Source: Eledone cirrhosa
Taxonomy: Eukaryota
DNA: 64,000 bases
Reading direction: 5' to 3'
Assembly: GCA_964016885.1 (NCBI GenBank)
Contig: OZ024740.1
Coordinates: 91,140,001-91,204,000, forward strand
The notes below the pieces were generated by a model. That model made no database searches and was not told the origin of the DNA. It saw only the letters and a list, made by a program, of their open reading frames with translations. The position numbers were made by a program, and so were the translations under genes. This document shows, one piece after another, positions 1-12,961 of the stretch (the stretch's first letter is position 1; each line of letters starts with the position of its first letter).

Positions 1-52
1 TATATATTTCAATGGTACCATCATTTTTGGTACGCTCTCATCAGATAAAATA
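1..52 (-). ncRNA. Hammerhead ribozyme motif (inverted-arm copy, cut by the window edge)
   Basis: Reverse complement reads tattttat CTGATGA gagc-gtacca-aaaatga-tggtac-catt GAAA tatata. Confidence 0.6.
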
Positions 53-341
53 CAAAAGTTGTTTTAAAGATAGTGACATATCCCAAAACAAGAACCTATC
101 GTTGAATAGTGAAAGAAATTCAAATATTAAGATGAATATGTTAATGAGGATAACGTAAATTTAAAAGTATCGTTACATTTAGACGCTAGGTAAATTTAAA
201 TAATTATTAGTATTATTTTCTTTTAAGGGAAGAATAGAGAGAGGTTAATATTAATATTAGGGTGTAAGACAGTTTAAGGAAAGAATATAAGAAAAAGGTA
301 TGTTATAGTTAGAACTAGGCAATTATTATTAATTTTTAATT

Positions 342-530
342 GGGTGGATTGGCAGTATCGGCAGAGGGTCGGACGTCATGCTTTCCAGCATAGTTACGTC
401 CCTTTACGATCTCAGTTCAAATCCCGCCGAGGTTGACTTTGCCTTTCATCCTTACGGGGTCGATAAAATAAAGTACCAGTAATGCACTAGGTAATTACTT
501 GCCTTGTGCCTAAAGTAGAAACAATTATTA
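342..530 (+). mobile_element. tRNA-derived SINE with a Meta-SINE-like central domain
   Basis: A-box-like tggcagtatcgg, B-box agttcaaatccc, central gcctttcatccttacggggtcgataaaataaagtaccag, tail ...agaaacaattatta. Several copies occur in the window. Confidence 0.8.
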
Positions 531-1438
531 ATTTATAATTGTATGGATCGTATTAGTGATGGTGTAAAGAGTGTGAAATTATAATTATATTTATTTATTT
601 AATTATATAATTATACATTTTGGTAGTATCTATAATATAATATGATAATTATAAATGTGTTGAAGTAGTAAAATATCAATTTAAAAAGTGAGACATACTA
701 CTAATTATTGGGTCTATTCTAATAGTGAGTTTTGATATTATAGGCATAATATTTATAAGTATATTTTATGAAAAATTACGGCTGTAAGTATATTTTATTT
801 TATTATATTACAACAGGTTATTTATATAAATAATTTTGGTAAGGATATATGTTGTTTTTATTAATAGATAGATTTAAATATTGTTTATATGTTACGATGA
901 ATTTCTTGTTTACATTTTCAATATATATTTAAGAAAAAGTGAGTAGTTCTATTTTATTATAGAAGATTATTTTTTACATTCATTAGTTGCATTAAGATAG
1001 GAATACATTTACGCAATTTACGAAGTTAACGAAATTATACAAAAAAAAATGTTATATTTATGTAAAGTTTAGTTGTTACTTAGAATAAATGGGTAGGCGT
1101 GTTACATTATAAAGGAAAAGATAACTCCAATATTTCTTAGTTAAAATAGTTAAGTTATATTTACCGTTTATTCTAGAATTTACTTTTAAAAAAATATTCT
1201 AATTAACATGTATGTAAAATATATGTAAAATATTTCATATATTATTTTAGATATGATTTTATAGTATCATATATTACATATTTTCTAAGATGAAAATGTG
1301 TTTATATATGTATTTAGATTGCATTCCTTATATGTATGCATATGTTAATGATATTAACCATTAATATGTATGGATTTCCAATGTCTATATAGTCTATTAA
1401 GAATAAATATTACAGACATCAAAAGTATATACAGAAAC

Positions 1439-2712
1439 ATGCCAGATATGGCCGGAGGTCTATATCGCAACGATATGTTACTTATAGTTGATAACCATAT
1501 CCTTAGCGAACTTAGTAGGAAAATGAAAATTATCATAGAATGTTTCATTAATTATAAACTTAAATTAGATATTGATAATAATAATAATAAAACTGTTAAC
1601 TTCTTAGATGTCACTTTAAACCTTAGCTCAGGACTATATTACTCTTTCCATAAGATTAATGACAACATAAACTATGTAAGCTTCCATTCTAACTATTCTA
1701 GAAATGTTAAAAATGCTATTGTCAATAGTGTTCAACAACGAATTTCACACATTTCAACCAATACAATTATTTTTGATAATAATCAGAATATTACAATGAT
1801 GGTTTACATAGAGCTGGCTGCATGAACAAAATTAAATACTTAGATAACTATAACATGCAAATCATTCTAAAATTTACTATAATGATAATAATAAGCAATT
1901 TAACATAAATAGTAAATCAAGCAAAAGAAATAGAACTAGAAATATTATTTGTTACTCTCCCCCAATCTCATTAGAAGTTAAAACACCTGTAGCAAACCTA
2001 TTTTTCGAAGCATTAGATAAGTGTTTTCCTAAATCCGATAGATACCACTCTATGTTTAACAGACATACTATAAAACTATCTTACTCTACTACTATGAACA
2101 TAGCACAAAATATTAATAGAATTAATGATAGAAACTTAAATTTAAACCTAACCCAAATAAACCAAAATATACCAAATGTTGTTATTAATATTGTTAATAT
2201 TAATAACAGTAGTAAATATTACTAATAATAGTATTAATACTAATAATAATCGTACCGTTCCTATAGACAACAAAACTAGAAAATGTAACTGTAGAAACGA
2301 ATTAAATTGCCCTTTACACACTAATTGTCTAGATAAAAACTTAGTATATAAATGAACAGGTCAAACTAGAGATAAAATACATAACTATATAGGAGCCACT
2401 TCTACAAACTTTATGGCGCGCTTGTATAATCACATACATACATTTAATAGATCAGACAAAAAATGTTCAACATCACTTTCACATATAATTTGGTACTTAA
2501 ATGTCAATAATATCGACTATTCAATCTCTTGGGGAACGATTTCGAAAGCGCCGGTATACCGAAATATGTCTCTCTCAAGAATTTGTCATTTGATTATTGA
2601 GGAAATGTTTCATATACTTACCAATCAAAACGCTATAAATAAAAAGAAAGAATTATTCAACTCTTTTAAACATCGTCAATCTAAGAAGTTCAGAAGTATC
2701 TATAATCTATAG
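1439..2712 (+). pseudogene. PLE RT C-terminal half plus GIY-YIG endonuclease, frameshifted
   Basis: Motifs GGLYRND, VNFLDVTLNL, FHK, KCNCRNELNCPL, LVYK*TG...YIGAT...F.ARLYNH and ICHL. Frameshifts near 1790 and 2220; in-frame TGA at 2353-2355. Confidence 0.88.
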
Positions 2713-3772
2713 AAAATATGATTTATATCTCACTTGTTTACATGTTATATGTCTTCACTATGCTTTGTTGATATGTTGTGATGTTTTTTTAAAATAATAT
2801 TTTTCTTTTTAAATGATATTTTTAAATATATCTTTTTGTGATTGTTTTAATGGTGTTTCTGAATATTCTTTTGATGCCTGTAATATTTCTTCCTAATAGA
2901 CTATATAGGCATTGTAAATCCATATATATAAATGCTTAATATCATTAACATATGCATAGATATAAGGAATGCTATATAAATACGTATATAAAATAATTTT
3001 TATCTCAGAAAATATGTAATATATAATCATATATGAAATAATATATGAAATATTTTTACATATATTTTACATATATCTTAATTAGAATATATTTTAAAGT
3101 GATCTCTAAAATAAACGGTAAATATAACTTCACTGTTTTAACTAAGAAATATTGGAGTTATATTTTCCTTTATAATGTAACACGGTTACACGTTTCTTCT
3201 AAGTAACAACTAAACTTTACATAAATATTAAACTATTTTTGTATAATTTCGTTATATCCGTAGATTGTTTAAATGTATTCCTATATTGATGCAACTATTG
3301 AATGTACAACATGATCTTCTAAAATAAAATAGAACAACTTCCTTTTTCTAAAATATATATTGAAAATATAAACAAGAAATTCGTCGTAAGTCTTCACATA
3401 TAAAAAAAATTTTACATTATCTATCTATTAATAAAAACAACATATATACTCAACAAAATTATTTATATAAATATTTATATAAATAACCTGTTGTAATAAA
3501 ATAAAATAAAATATACTTACAACTCTAATTCTTAAGAAAATATACTTATAAATATTAGTTTTATAATATTAAAACTCAATATTAGTATAGACCAAATAAT
3601 TAGTAGTATCTCTCACATTTTTAAATTGATATTCTACCACATGAACACATTTATAATTCTCATATGATATTATACATACTACCAAAATATATAATTACAT
3701 AATTAAATAAATAAATATAATTATTTCACTCTCTTTACACCATCACTAATATCATCTATACACTTATATATT

Positions 3773-3926
3773 AGTAATTGTTTCTATGTTTGTCACAAGG
3801 CCAGCAATTACCCAGTACATTACTGGTACATTATTTTATCGACCCCGTAAAGAAGTAAGGCAAAGTTAACCTCGGCAGAATTTGAACTCAGATTATAAAC
3901 AGACGCAACTCTATGCTTCAAAGCGT
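3773..3926 (-). mobile_element. Same SINE, 5'-deleted copy in the other arm of PLE-1
   Basis: ctggtacattattttatcgaccccgtaaagaagtaaggcaaagttaacctcggcagaatttgaactcag is the reverse complement of the SINE core. Confidence 0.78.
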
Positions 3927-4224
3927 AGAGCTTAATAATAATAGTCTACTTCTAAATATAATTTTTTTTTTCTTATATTCTTTCCTTACATTTTCTTACA
4001 CCCTACATTAATATTAATCACTCTCTCTTCTACTCTTCAAAAAAAAATAATGCTAATAATTATTTAAATTTAGCTAGCGTCTAAATATAACGATCTCTTT
4101 CAACTTTACGTTATCCTCATTAACATATTCATCCTAAGATTTGAATTTCTTTCATATATTCAAACAGAACTTAAAACGATAAGTTCTTGTTTTTGGATAT
4201 GTCACTATCTATAAATAACTTTTG

Positions 4225-4286
4225 TATTTCATCTGATGAGTGCCTACCAAAAATGTTGGTAACCTTGAAATATATATAATAAAATA
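4225..4286 (+). ncRNA. Type I hammerhead ribozyme at the PLE-1 3' end
   Basis: tatttcat CTGATGA gtgcc-taccaa-aaatg-ttggta-acctt GAAA tatat ATA ataaaata. Stem I is 8 bp in the two-arm consensus, stem III is a short palindrome, and the AUA triplet is at 4276-4278. Confidence 0.75.
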
Positions 4287-4317
4287 AATATGGTTTTATA
4301 AAGATAGTTTCCATTTA

Positions 4318-4323
<6 letters not shown>

Positions 4324-4389
<66 letters not shown>
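4324..4389. repeat. (TA)n microsatellite, one of more than 20 such tracts between 4.3 and 43.7 kb
   Basis: Directly visible. Similar tracts lie near 4597, 5206, 6019, 7884, 12898, 20380, 22835, 24186, 33424 and 43430. Confidence 0.97.
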
Positions 4390-4391
<2 letters not shown>

Positions 4392-4484
4392 ACTAGAAAT
4401 TGATTAACATATGAATAAACATGAGTAATATCTCTTGTGATTATTCATTTTTATTTATATGTTAATCAATTTCTAGTTATTATA
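4385..4484. repeat. Short fold-back hairpin with arms of about 45 bp
   Basis: tataataactagaaattgattaacatatgaataa / ttatttatatgttaatcaatttctagttattata. Confidence 0.85.
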
Positions 4485-4594
4485 AAATGCCCGGACCTAC
4501 TCGATAGAATCTTAGAGTGATATGGCTCATGTCTTTCGGGCATGACACCCATAATTTTGATTTAGATTAAGTTCACTTAATTTATCTTAATGTT

Positions 4595-4669
<75 letters not shown>

Positions 4670-4699
4670 TAGATAGATAGAGAGAGAGAGAGGTAGATA

Positions 4700-5661
<962 letters not shown>

Positions 5662-5672
5662 ACACACACGCG

Positions 5673-5710
<38 letters not shown>

Positions 5711-5860
5711 AACGTCAAAACAACAGATGGGAATCTAATTACTCACTGCCACCAAGAATTCTCACTGCTATCGAAAAACCACTCCTTCAACTATTCTTCT
5801 AACAACTTCACCCCTCCCTCCTAATATTCTCTATAAAAACTAAATAGGTCCTCAGTAATA

Positions 5861-5907
5861 TTATTCTGATGAAATGACAGTAAATAATAACATTGAAATA
5901 TTGAATG
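5861..5907 (+). ncRNA. Degenerate hammerhead motif in a short island between microsatellites
   Basis: ttatt CTGATGA aatg...catt GAAA tattg aatg. The cleavage triplet appears mutated. Confidence 0.45.
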
Positions 5908-6016
5908 TCTGCATAACTAAAAGTTTGTAGATAGCAGCTGTTTTAGGTTATGTAACTGTTATAGAAACACGTGTCAATAAATTCCTTTCAACTAAACTGT
6001 ATCCATTCAAATCTTA

Positions 6017-6089
<73 letters not shown>

Positions 6090-7881
6090 AATTAAAATAC
6101 TAGAGTGCGTTGGAGTAAAACACACTCGTCGTATTATAGAAATGTCAGTATAGGGTATAGCTCAATGTAATACAACAGAGCCGAAAAATTATAAAAATTA
6201 TAAAAATAGTTTAAGAACTCTACTTCTTTAGCACACCACGTCTGGGATTTAAAAGGGGCTGGTATACCATATAGCCTAAATTGGCGAATAGTAGCACATT
6301 CTAATCACCTAGCAACACACACTAAATTCTGTAATCTTTGTATCCTAGAGACCCATTCTTTAATTTTCTCTAGGAGCTTATTGCTTAATAGAAAATCTGA
6401 GATATTTTCTTCCTGTCCGCATGCCATTTCTAATTATTTCTTCTATTATAGACCTAAAAGTTCTGGTAGTTTAAATCGTATCCATTATCTGCTATATTTC
6501 TCTGTCTCTTTGGATTTAATTCATTATTATTACCATTATTATTAATTTTCTACGGTTGTTTCGATTTTCGAATTTTAGTTTTCATTGTCTTATTAGCTAC
6601 CTTACCATATCTATCATCTTAAACATTATTATATTTTTACTCAATATTATCGCCTTGTAATTTTGTATCTTATTGAATAGTTTAATTTTGAGACTCCTAC
6701 ATCTAAAACTAACGAACCTCCTCCTTTCCACACTTAATATTCGCCCCTTTTTATTATATTATATATAAATTCTACTTTCATACTCCTTTTTATTATATTA
6801 TATTATATATAAATTTTTCCTTTTATGATCCTGCCTATCCTCCATAGTTTAACTTCTTTCTGTTCCCATTCGTCTACCATAGTTTTATATAGAGTTTTTT
6901 CTTTGATAACGTAATTCGTCTGAACGGATCGTAATGTATATTATATTATAGTTTTTATTCAAAATATCCTAAATTTATACGACTTTGATGAGTTAAACTT
7001 TTTCCATTTGAAGGGACCAATAATATATTTTAAGCAATTTAAATATTAATTAATTTATTAAGGTTTTCTATTCAATTCTTTAGTTTAGAATAATAATATC
7101 TTCTATATTTACATAATAAATCGTTATACCTTCGTAACTTGCTTGATTTTGTTTTTTTGTTTTTGTTTTTGTATTTCATTTTTTTTGGTTTTATTTATTT
7201 TTTTACTACCACATGCTGTCTGTCCTCCTATCATCATCATCATTATTTCTTTACTATCACTTGCTGTTTGTCTTCCTGTAATTTGCTTTGCATAATAACA
7301 TGCCTCCCTATATTAATATATTAATCGCGTAAATATCTCTTAAACATTTTCCATTGGCTCTGTCTGTCTGCATTTATATACTTTTATATTATTATATCAT
7401 TTATTATTATAATATTAACATTTATATATCATATTATTTCTATGTAATTGTATTATACGTATTGATATAAGTCAGATATTTAAGCTACTGTTTTGTTATA
7501 TTTAAGGTACTGTTTTGTAATATTTTGTAATATTTTATGAATGTAAACTCCATATACCTCTGTATATTTATTATCATTACTCTATGTATTTATATATATA
7601 TATATTTTTTCAACATACTTCAGTTTTATGATATTTTTTCTTGCTCTGTGTAAAACTTTATGTACAATTTGTTGACATTAAGTGATATGTATAATGTAGT
7701 TTTGTATATATTTGTTGATGTCAGTAGATTATTCTATTATTTTTTTGTTTAACTTATATTTTTTTGTATAGTTTATTTTTTGTATAGATTATGCGCACCG
7801 TCAGGGTGTTTTTTATATTATAGAGAGTATATTTATACTTATTAAGTGTTAGTATGTGTTTGTGTAAATGTGTATATATAT

Positions 7882-7970
<89 letters not shown>

Positions 7971-8238
7971 TTAAGCTTTATATTTCTTATTACCCATTAT
8001 ATTGTATTCTATATCATATTGTAATTCTCACATTGTATTACCATTGAATTACCATGTTGTATTATACTGTATTATCAACGTTGGTTTGACATTTTACTCA
8101 CTTTATTGCCCTATAGTCTATATTTGTAACTGCACACTTTTTCCTTCATATCTCTCATAAGCTTTCATGGATATGAATTCCCTATTCTTCTTAGTTTTGG
8201 ATAGTTTCTGGCCGTTAATGCTTCTTACCCGTTTACTT

Positions 8239-8279
8239 GCCCTGATGAGTCATGATTAATGGGACGAAATATTGTAGGC
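8239..8279 (+). ncRNA. Minimal type I hammerhead ribozyme in the 5' pseudo-LTR of PLE-2
   Basis: gcc CTGATGA gtc-atgattaatgg-gac GAAA tatt GTA ggc. Confidence 0.7.
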
Positions 8280-8499
8280 TAATAAAGACTTTTGATGTAT
8301 TGAAGGCTTCTTTGTCTATTTTTATAATTTTTCAGCTCTATTGTAATACATTGAGCTATACCCTATACTGTCATTTCTATTATACGACGAGTGTGTTTTA
8401 CTCCAACGCACTCTAGTATTTTAATTCTTATTACGGCCCCCGATTGGTTGAGCTTTTACCTATATACTGGTGTTTTGGCCTTTATATATATCTGACAGT

Positions 8500-11078
8500 A
8501 TGCTAACAAACAGCTACTTGCCTTTATCTCTGAAGAATATTCCCATCCCCTCTAGAAATACTTATCAAAAACTCTTGATTGCTAGCGTTAACTCCTTCGT
8601 AAAAAGGATTAGATGGCATCTTTCCACGTTGATATTAATAAGAATAGGACTAACCCCCTGGATAAGACTCCCTTCAATAACTTCGGCTTCAAGACTTATA
8701 AAAGTCCACCACATAATGTTCTCTTAGATAATTTCGAGAACGATTTACTTTCCCTTGTCAAAAATATAAAACATACGCCGCATAATAAATATGGAAACTA
8801 TAATAAATTTGACAAGTTCCAGTCTAAACTTAGGAATATTGTTAAAGATTTTAAAGGGAATAAGTATATACTTGTCCCGGCTGACAAGACTAAGAATCTT
8901 TACTCTATGGATTATATTACTTACCGTGGGTTTATTTATAAGGAGCTGCATAAAATTTACAAAAAAACAACACAGGATAATTTGGATCAAATCAATAATG
9001 AGGGCCTCAAGATAGTTTCGGATCTGGGTCTTGATAAGTATACCCAACCATATTACCCCAAAGAACAGAGATTCACGCTTAAGGATCATAAGATAGACTT
9101 CATAAGTAATCTTTCTGTTAGACTTATCAGTCCTTCTAAGTCTGATATAGCTATACTTAGCAAGAAAATCCTTGACCTGATTATACCTACCGTTAGGGAA
9201 AAGGTTCATTTTAATCTATGGGGAAATACTAAGGATGTTATAGATTGGTTATCTCGTATCAATAGACTTGAGTCTAGTAGGTTCATCCAATTTTATATAG
9301 ACGCCTATTACACGTCAATTTCAAATATCCTCCTTAATAAGGCCTTAATTATGGCCATGCGAATGTCTAGTCTTACGCGACCACAGATTGATATTATACT
9401 AGCCGCACGTAGGACTATCATCAAATTCGAAGATAAAGGTTGGACGCGTAAAAACACACCCAACAACTTTGACGTTACAATGGGTTCGAGTGATTCGGCT
9501 CAGGTAACTGATCTTGTTGGGCTGTTCCTCTTGAACGAAATGTATGTTAGCTTTCCGCACCTTAAAGGGGGACTTTATCGTGACGATGCATTCTTTGTGA
9601 TAAACTCTAGCACTAATAACATTGAGCATAATAGGAAGAAACTATATACATTTTTTTTAAATGTTAACCTTTCGATCACGATTGATAGGAACGATAGAGC
9701 AGTCAACTTTTTAGATGTGACATTAGACTTGGTCACTAATAGTTATAAGCCCTTCCACAAGCCCAATGAGACACTCTCTTACGTTAATCCTAATTACAAC
9801 CACCCTAAATCTATGATTAGTTCTATAATTAATGGTGTATCTAATAGAATCTCCACACTCTCCAAGGATATAGGAATGTTTAATTCACATGCAGAGTACT
9901 ATAATAACGCCCCGGCTAACTCTGGTTACTCTGGTAAAATACATTATAAGGAGGACAACCTTGGAATGACTCCGATTACCAATAATAACGTAATATCCCA
10001 TAATATGACCTTGAATGGGAGTAGAAAATATAGGAATCATAGAAATATTACATATATATCCAAGCCGAACCGCAAGATTAGCTACCGAAATAGTAGTCGG
10101 AATAGTGAGTCTAATGGTACGCATTTCGAGATCAGTTCTAGGGAGCAGGATAGGCGCTCTGAACGTTCACCCAGTGGTAATGTTTTAACTGCTTCTAATA
10201 ATGTTAATTCAAATGGTCCTCTTACTAACCCTGATCCTATTAATAGGATACCAGATCACGGTAGAGATTGTAAAGGTAGGAATAGGAGGAGACTCAATAC
10301 TTACTTTAACCCGCCTTTTGATCATGAAGTATTAACTAATATCCCTAGGTCTTTCTTTTCTATTTTAGAGAAAAATTTCCCTCCTACTAATAAATATCAT
10401 GGTATATTTAATAAAAACGTAATTAAACTCTCCTTCTCTACCACCCCTAACATTAATTCTCATCTAGCTAGCACTAACAATAGGAAAATTAGGGATAGCT
10501 ACTCCTCTTTGCGTACTGCTAATCTAGATAGCTATATTGATAACTTACCGCCCGAGCAGATCTTATCTTATAATAACCCTAGGAATAATGCATCGCGTAA
10601 TCAGCTAACCACTAGTACCCGGAAGTGAAACTGTAGAGTAAATAATAACTGCCCTTTAAACGGTCACTGCCTCTCTAGGAACATTGTTTATGCATGTGAA
10701 GTTAAGACTAATTCTTCTTGTAGCACATATATAGGCCCGACCTATAATACTTTTAAAACAAGGTTTAATTCACATATTTCTAATTTTAAGCATATCAAGT
10801 TTAAGAACTCTACTTCTTTGGCACACCACGTCTGGGATTTAAAAGGGGCTGGTATACCATATAGCCTAAATTGGCGAATAGTAGCACATTCTAATCACCT
10901 AGCAACACACAATAAATTATGTAATCTTTGTGTCCTAGAGACCCATTCTATAATCTTCTCTAGGAGCTTATTGCTTAATAGAAAATCTGAGATATTTTCT
11001 TCCTGTCCGCATGCCATTTCTAATTATTTCTTCTATTATAGACCTAAAAGTTCTGGTAGTTTAAATCGTATCCATTAG
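8500..11078 (+). pseudogene. Near-complete PLE ORF: RT + CxC-x5-CP linker + GIY-YIG (possibly the Hydra clade of C-terminal EN+ PLEs)
   Basis: Motifs SLKNIPIP, PADKT, TLKDHK, RLISPSKS, FIQFYI (motif A Asp to Tyr), FDVTMGS, GGLYRDD, VNFLDVTL, RK*NCRVNNNCPL, IVYAC...YIG...FKTRFNSH and CNLC. There is a 1-nt frameshift near 8620 and a TGA at 10626-10628. Confidence 0.92.
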
Positions 11079-12772
11079 CTGCTATATTTCCCTATCTCTT
11101 TGGATTTAATTCATTATTATTACCATTATTATTAATTTTCTACGGTTGTTTCGATTTTCGAATTTTAGTTTTCGTTGTTTTATTAGCTACCTTACCATAT
11201 CTATCATCTTAAACATTATTATATTTTTACTCAATATTATCGCCTTGTAATTTTGTATCTTATTGAATAGTTTAATTTTGAGTCCCCTACATCTAAAACT
11301 AACGAACCTCCTCCTTTCCACACTTAATATTCGCCCCTTTTTATTATATTATATATAAATTCTACTTTCATACTCCTTTTTATTATATTATATTATATAT
11401 AACTGTTTCCTTTTATGATCCTTCCTATCCTCCATAGTTTCACTTCTTTCTGCGGTCTACCATAGTTTTGTATAGAGTTTTTTCTTTGATAACGTAATTC
11501 GTCTGAACGGATCGTAATGTATATTATATTATAGTTTTTATTGAAATATCCTAAATTTATACGACTTTGAAGACTTAAACTTTATTCCATTTGAAGGGAC
11601 CAATAATATATTTTAAGCAATTTAAATATTAATTAATTTAATAAAGTTTTCTATTTAATTCTTTAGTTTAGAATAATAATATCTTCTATATTTACATAAT
11701 AAATCGTTATACCTTCGTAACTTGCTTGTTTTTGTTTTTTTGTTTTTGTTTTTGTATTTCATTTTTTTTGGTTTTATTTATTTTTTTACTACCACATGCT
11801 GTCTGTCCTCCTATCATCATCATCATTATTTCTTTACTATCACTTGCTGTTTGTCTTCATGTAATTTGCTTTGCATCATAACATGCCTCCCTATATTAAT
11901 ATATTAATCGCGTAAATATCTCTTAAACATTTTCCATTGGCTCTGTCTGTCTGCATTTATATACTTTTATATTATTATATTATTTATTATTATAATATTA
12001 ACATTTATATATCATATTATTTCTATGTAATTGTGTTATAAGTATTGATATAAGTCAGATATTTAATCTACTGTTATGTTATATTTAAGGTACTGTTTTG
12101 TATTATTTTGTAATATTTTATGAATGTAAACTCCATATACCTCTGTATATTTATTATCATTACTCTATGTATTTATATATATATATATATATATATACTT
12201 TCAACCTACTTCAGTTTTATGATATTTGTTCTTACCCTGTGTAAAACTTTATGTACAATTTGTTGACATTAAGTGACATGTATAACGTATATATTTTATG
12301 ATGTCAGTAGATTATTCTATTATTTTTTGTTTCACTTATAATTTTTTGTATAGTTTATTTTTTGTATAGATTATGCGCACCGTCAGGGTGTTTTTTTATA
12401 TTATAGAGAGTATATTTATACTTATTATGTGTTAGTATGTGTTTGTGTAAATGTGTATATATATGGATATATATATATATATACATATATTAAGCTTTAT
12501 ATTTCTTATTACCCATTATATTGTATTCTATATCATATTGTAATTATCACATTGTATTACCATTGTATTACCATGTTGTTTTTAATGTATTTGTGTTATA
12601 CTGTAATATCAACGTTGGATTGACATTTTACTCACTTTATTGCCCTATAGTCTATATTTGTAACTGCACACTTTTTCCTTCATATCTCTCATAAGCTTTC
12701 ATGGATATGAATTCCCTATTCTTCTGAGTTTTGGATAGTTTCTGGCCGTTAATGCTTCTTATCTGTTTACTT

Positions 12773-12813
12773 GCCCTGATGAGTCATGATTAATGGGACG
12801 AAACATTGTAGGC
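12773..12813 (+). ncRNA. Minimal type I hammerhead ribozyme in the 3' pseudo-LTR of PLE-2
   Basis: gcc CTGATGA gtc-atgattaatgg-gac GAAAC att GTA ggc; canonical core with a GUA triplet. Confidence 0.78.
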
Positions 12814-12891
12814 TAATAAAGACTTTTGATGTATTGAAGGCTTCTTTGTCTAGTTTTATAATTTTTATAATTTTTATAATTTTTATAATTT

Positions 12892-12956
<65 letters not shown>

Positions 12957-12961
<5 letters not shown>

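Larger units (their letters stand above)
1..4323 (+). mobile_element. Penelope-like retroelement (PLE-1), 5'-truncated, with a long inverted pseudo-LTR (arms about 1-1439 and 2855-4276)
   Basis: 1-1439 is a diverged reverse complement of 2855-4276 (e.g. gcattccttatatgtatgcatatgttaatg at 1321 vs cattaacatatgcatagatataaggaatgc near 2943). The RT/GIY-YIG remnant lies between the arms, and the element ends in (TA)n. Confidence 0.88.
6088..12897 (+). mobile_element. Penelope-like retroelement (PLE-2), partial tandem: direct pseudo-LTRs of about 2.1 kb (6211-8332 and 10800-12870) plus an inverted 5' piece (6088-6210)
   Basis: 6211 ttaagaactctacttcttt matches 10801; 6088-6210 is the reverse complement of 8317-8429. 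(TA)n lies on both flanks. Confidence 0.92.

Noticed and set aside
342-430. tRNA gene
   Set aside because: A/B-box-like motifs are present but there is no cloverleaf; it is the head of a multi-copy SINE.
1370-1438. N-terminus of ORF 1370-1825 as RT sequence
   Set aside because: These bases belong to the inverted UTR arm (reverse complement of about 2855-2925); RT homology starts near 1439.
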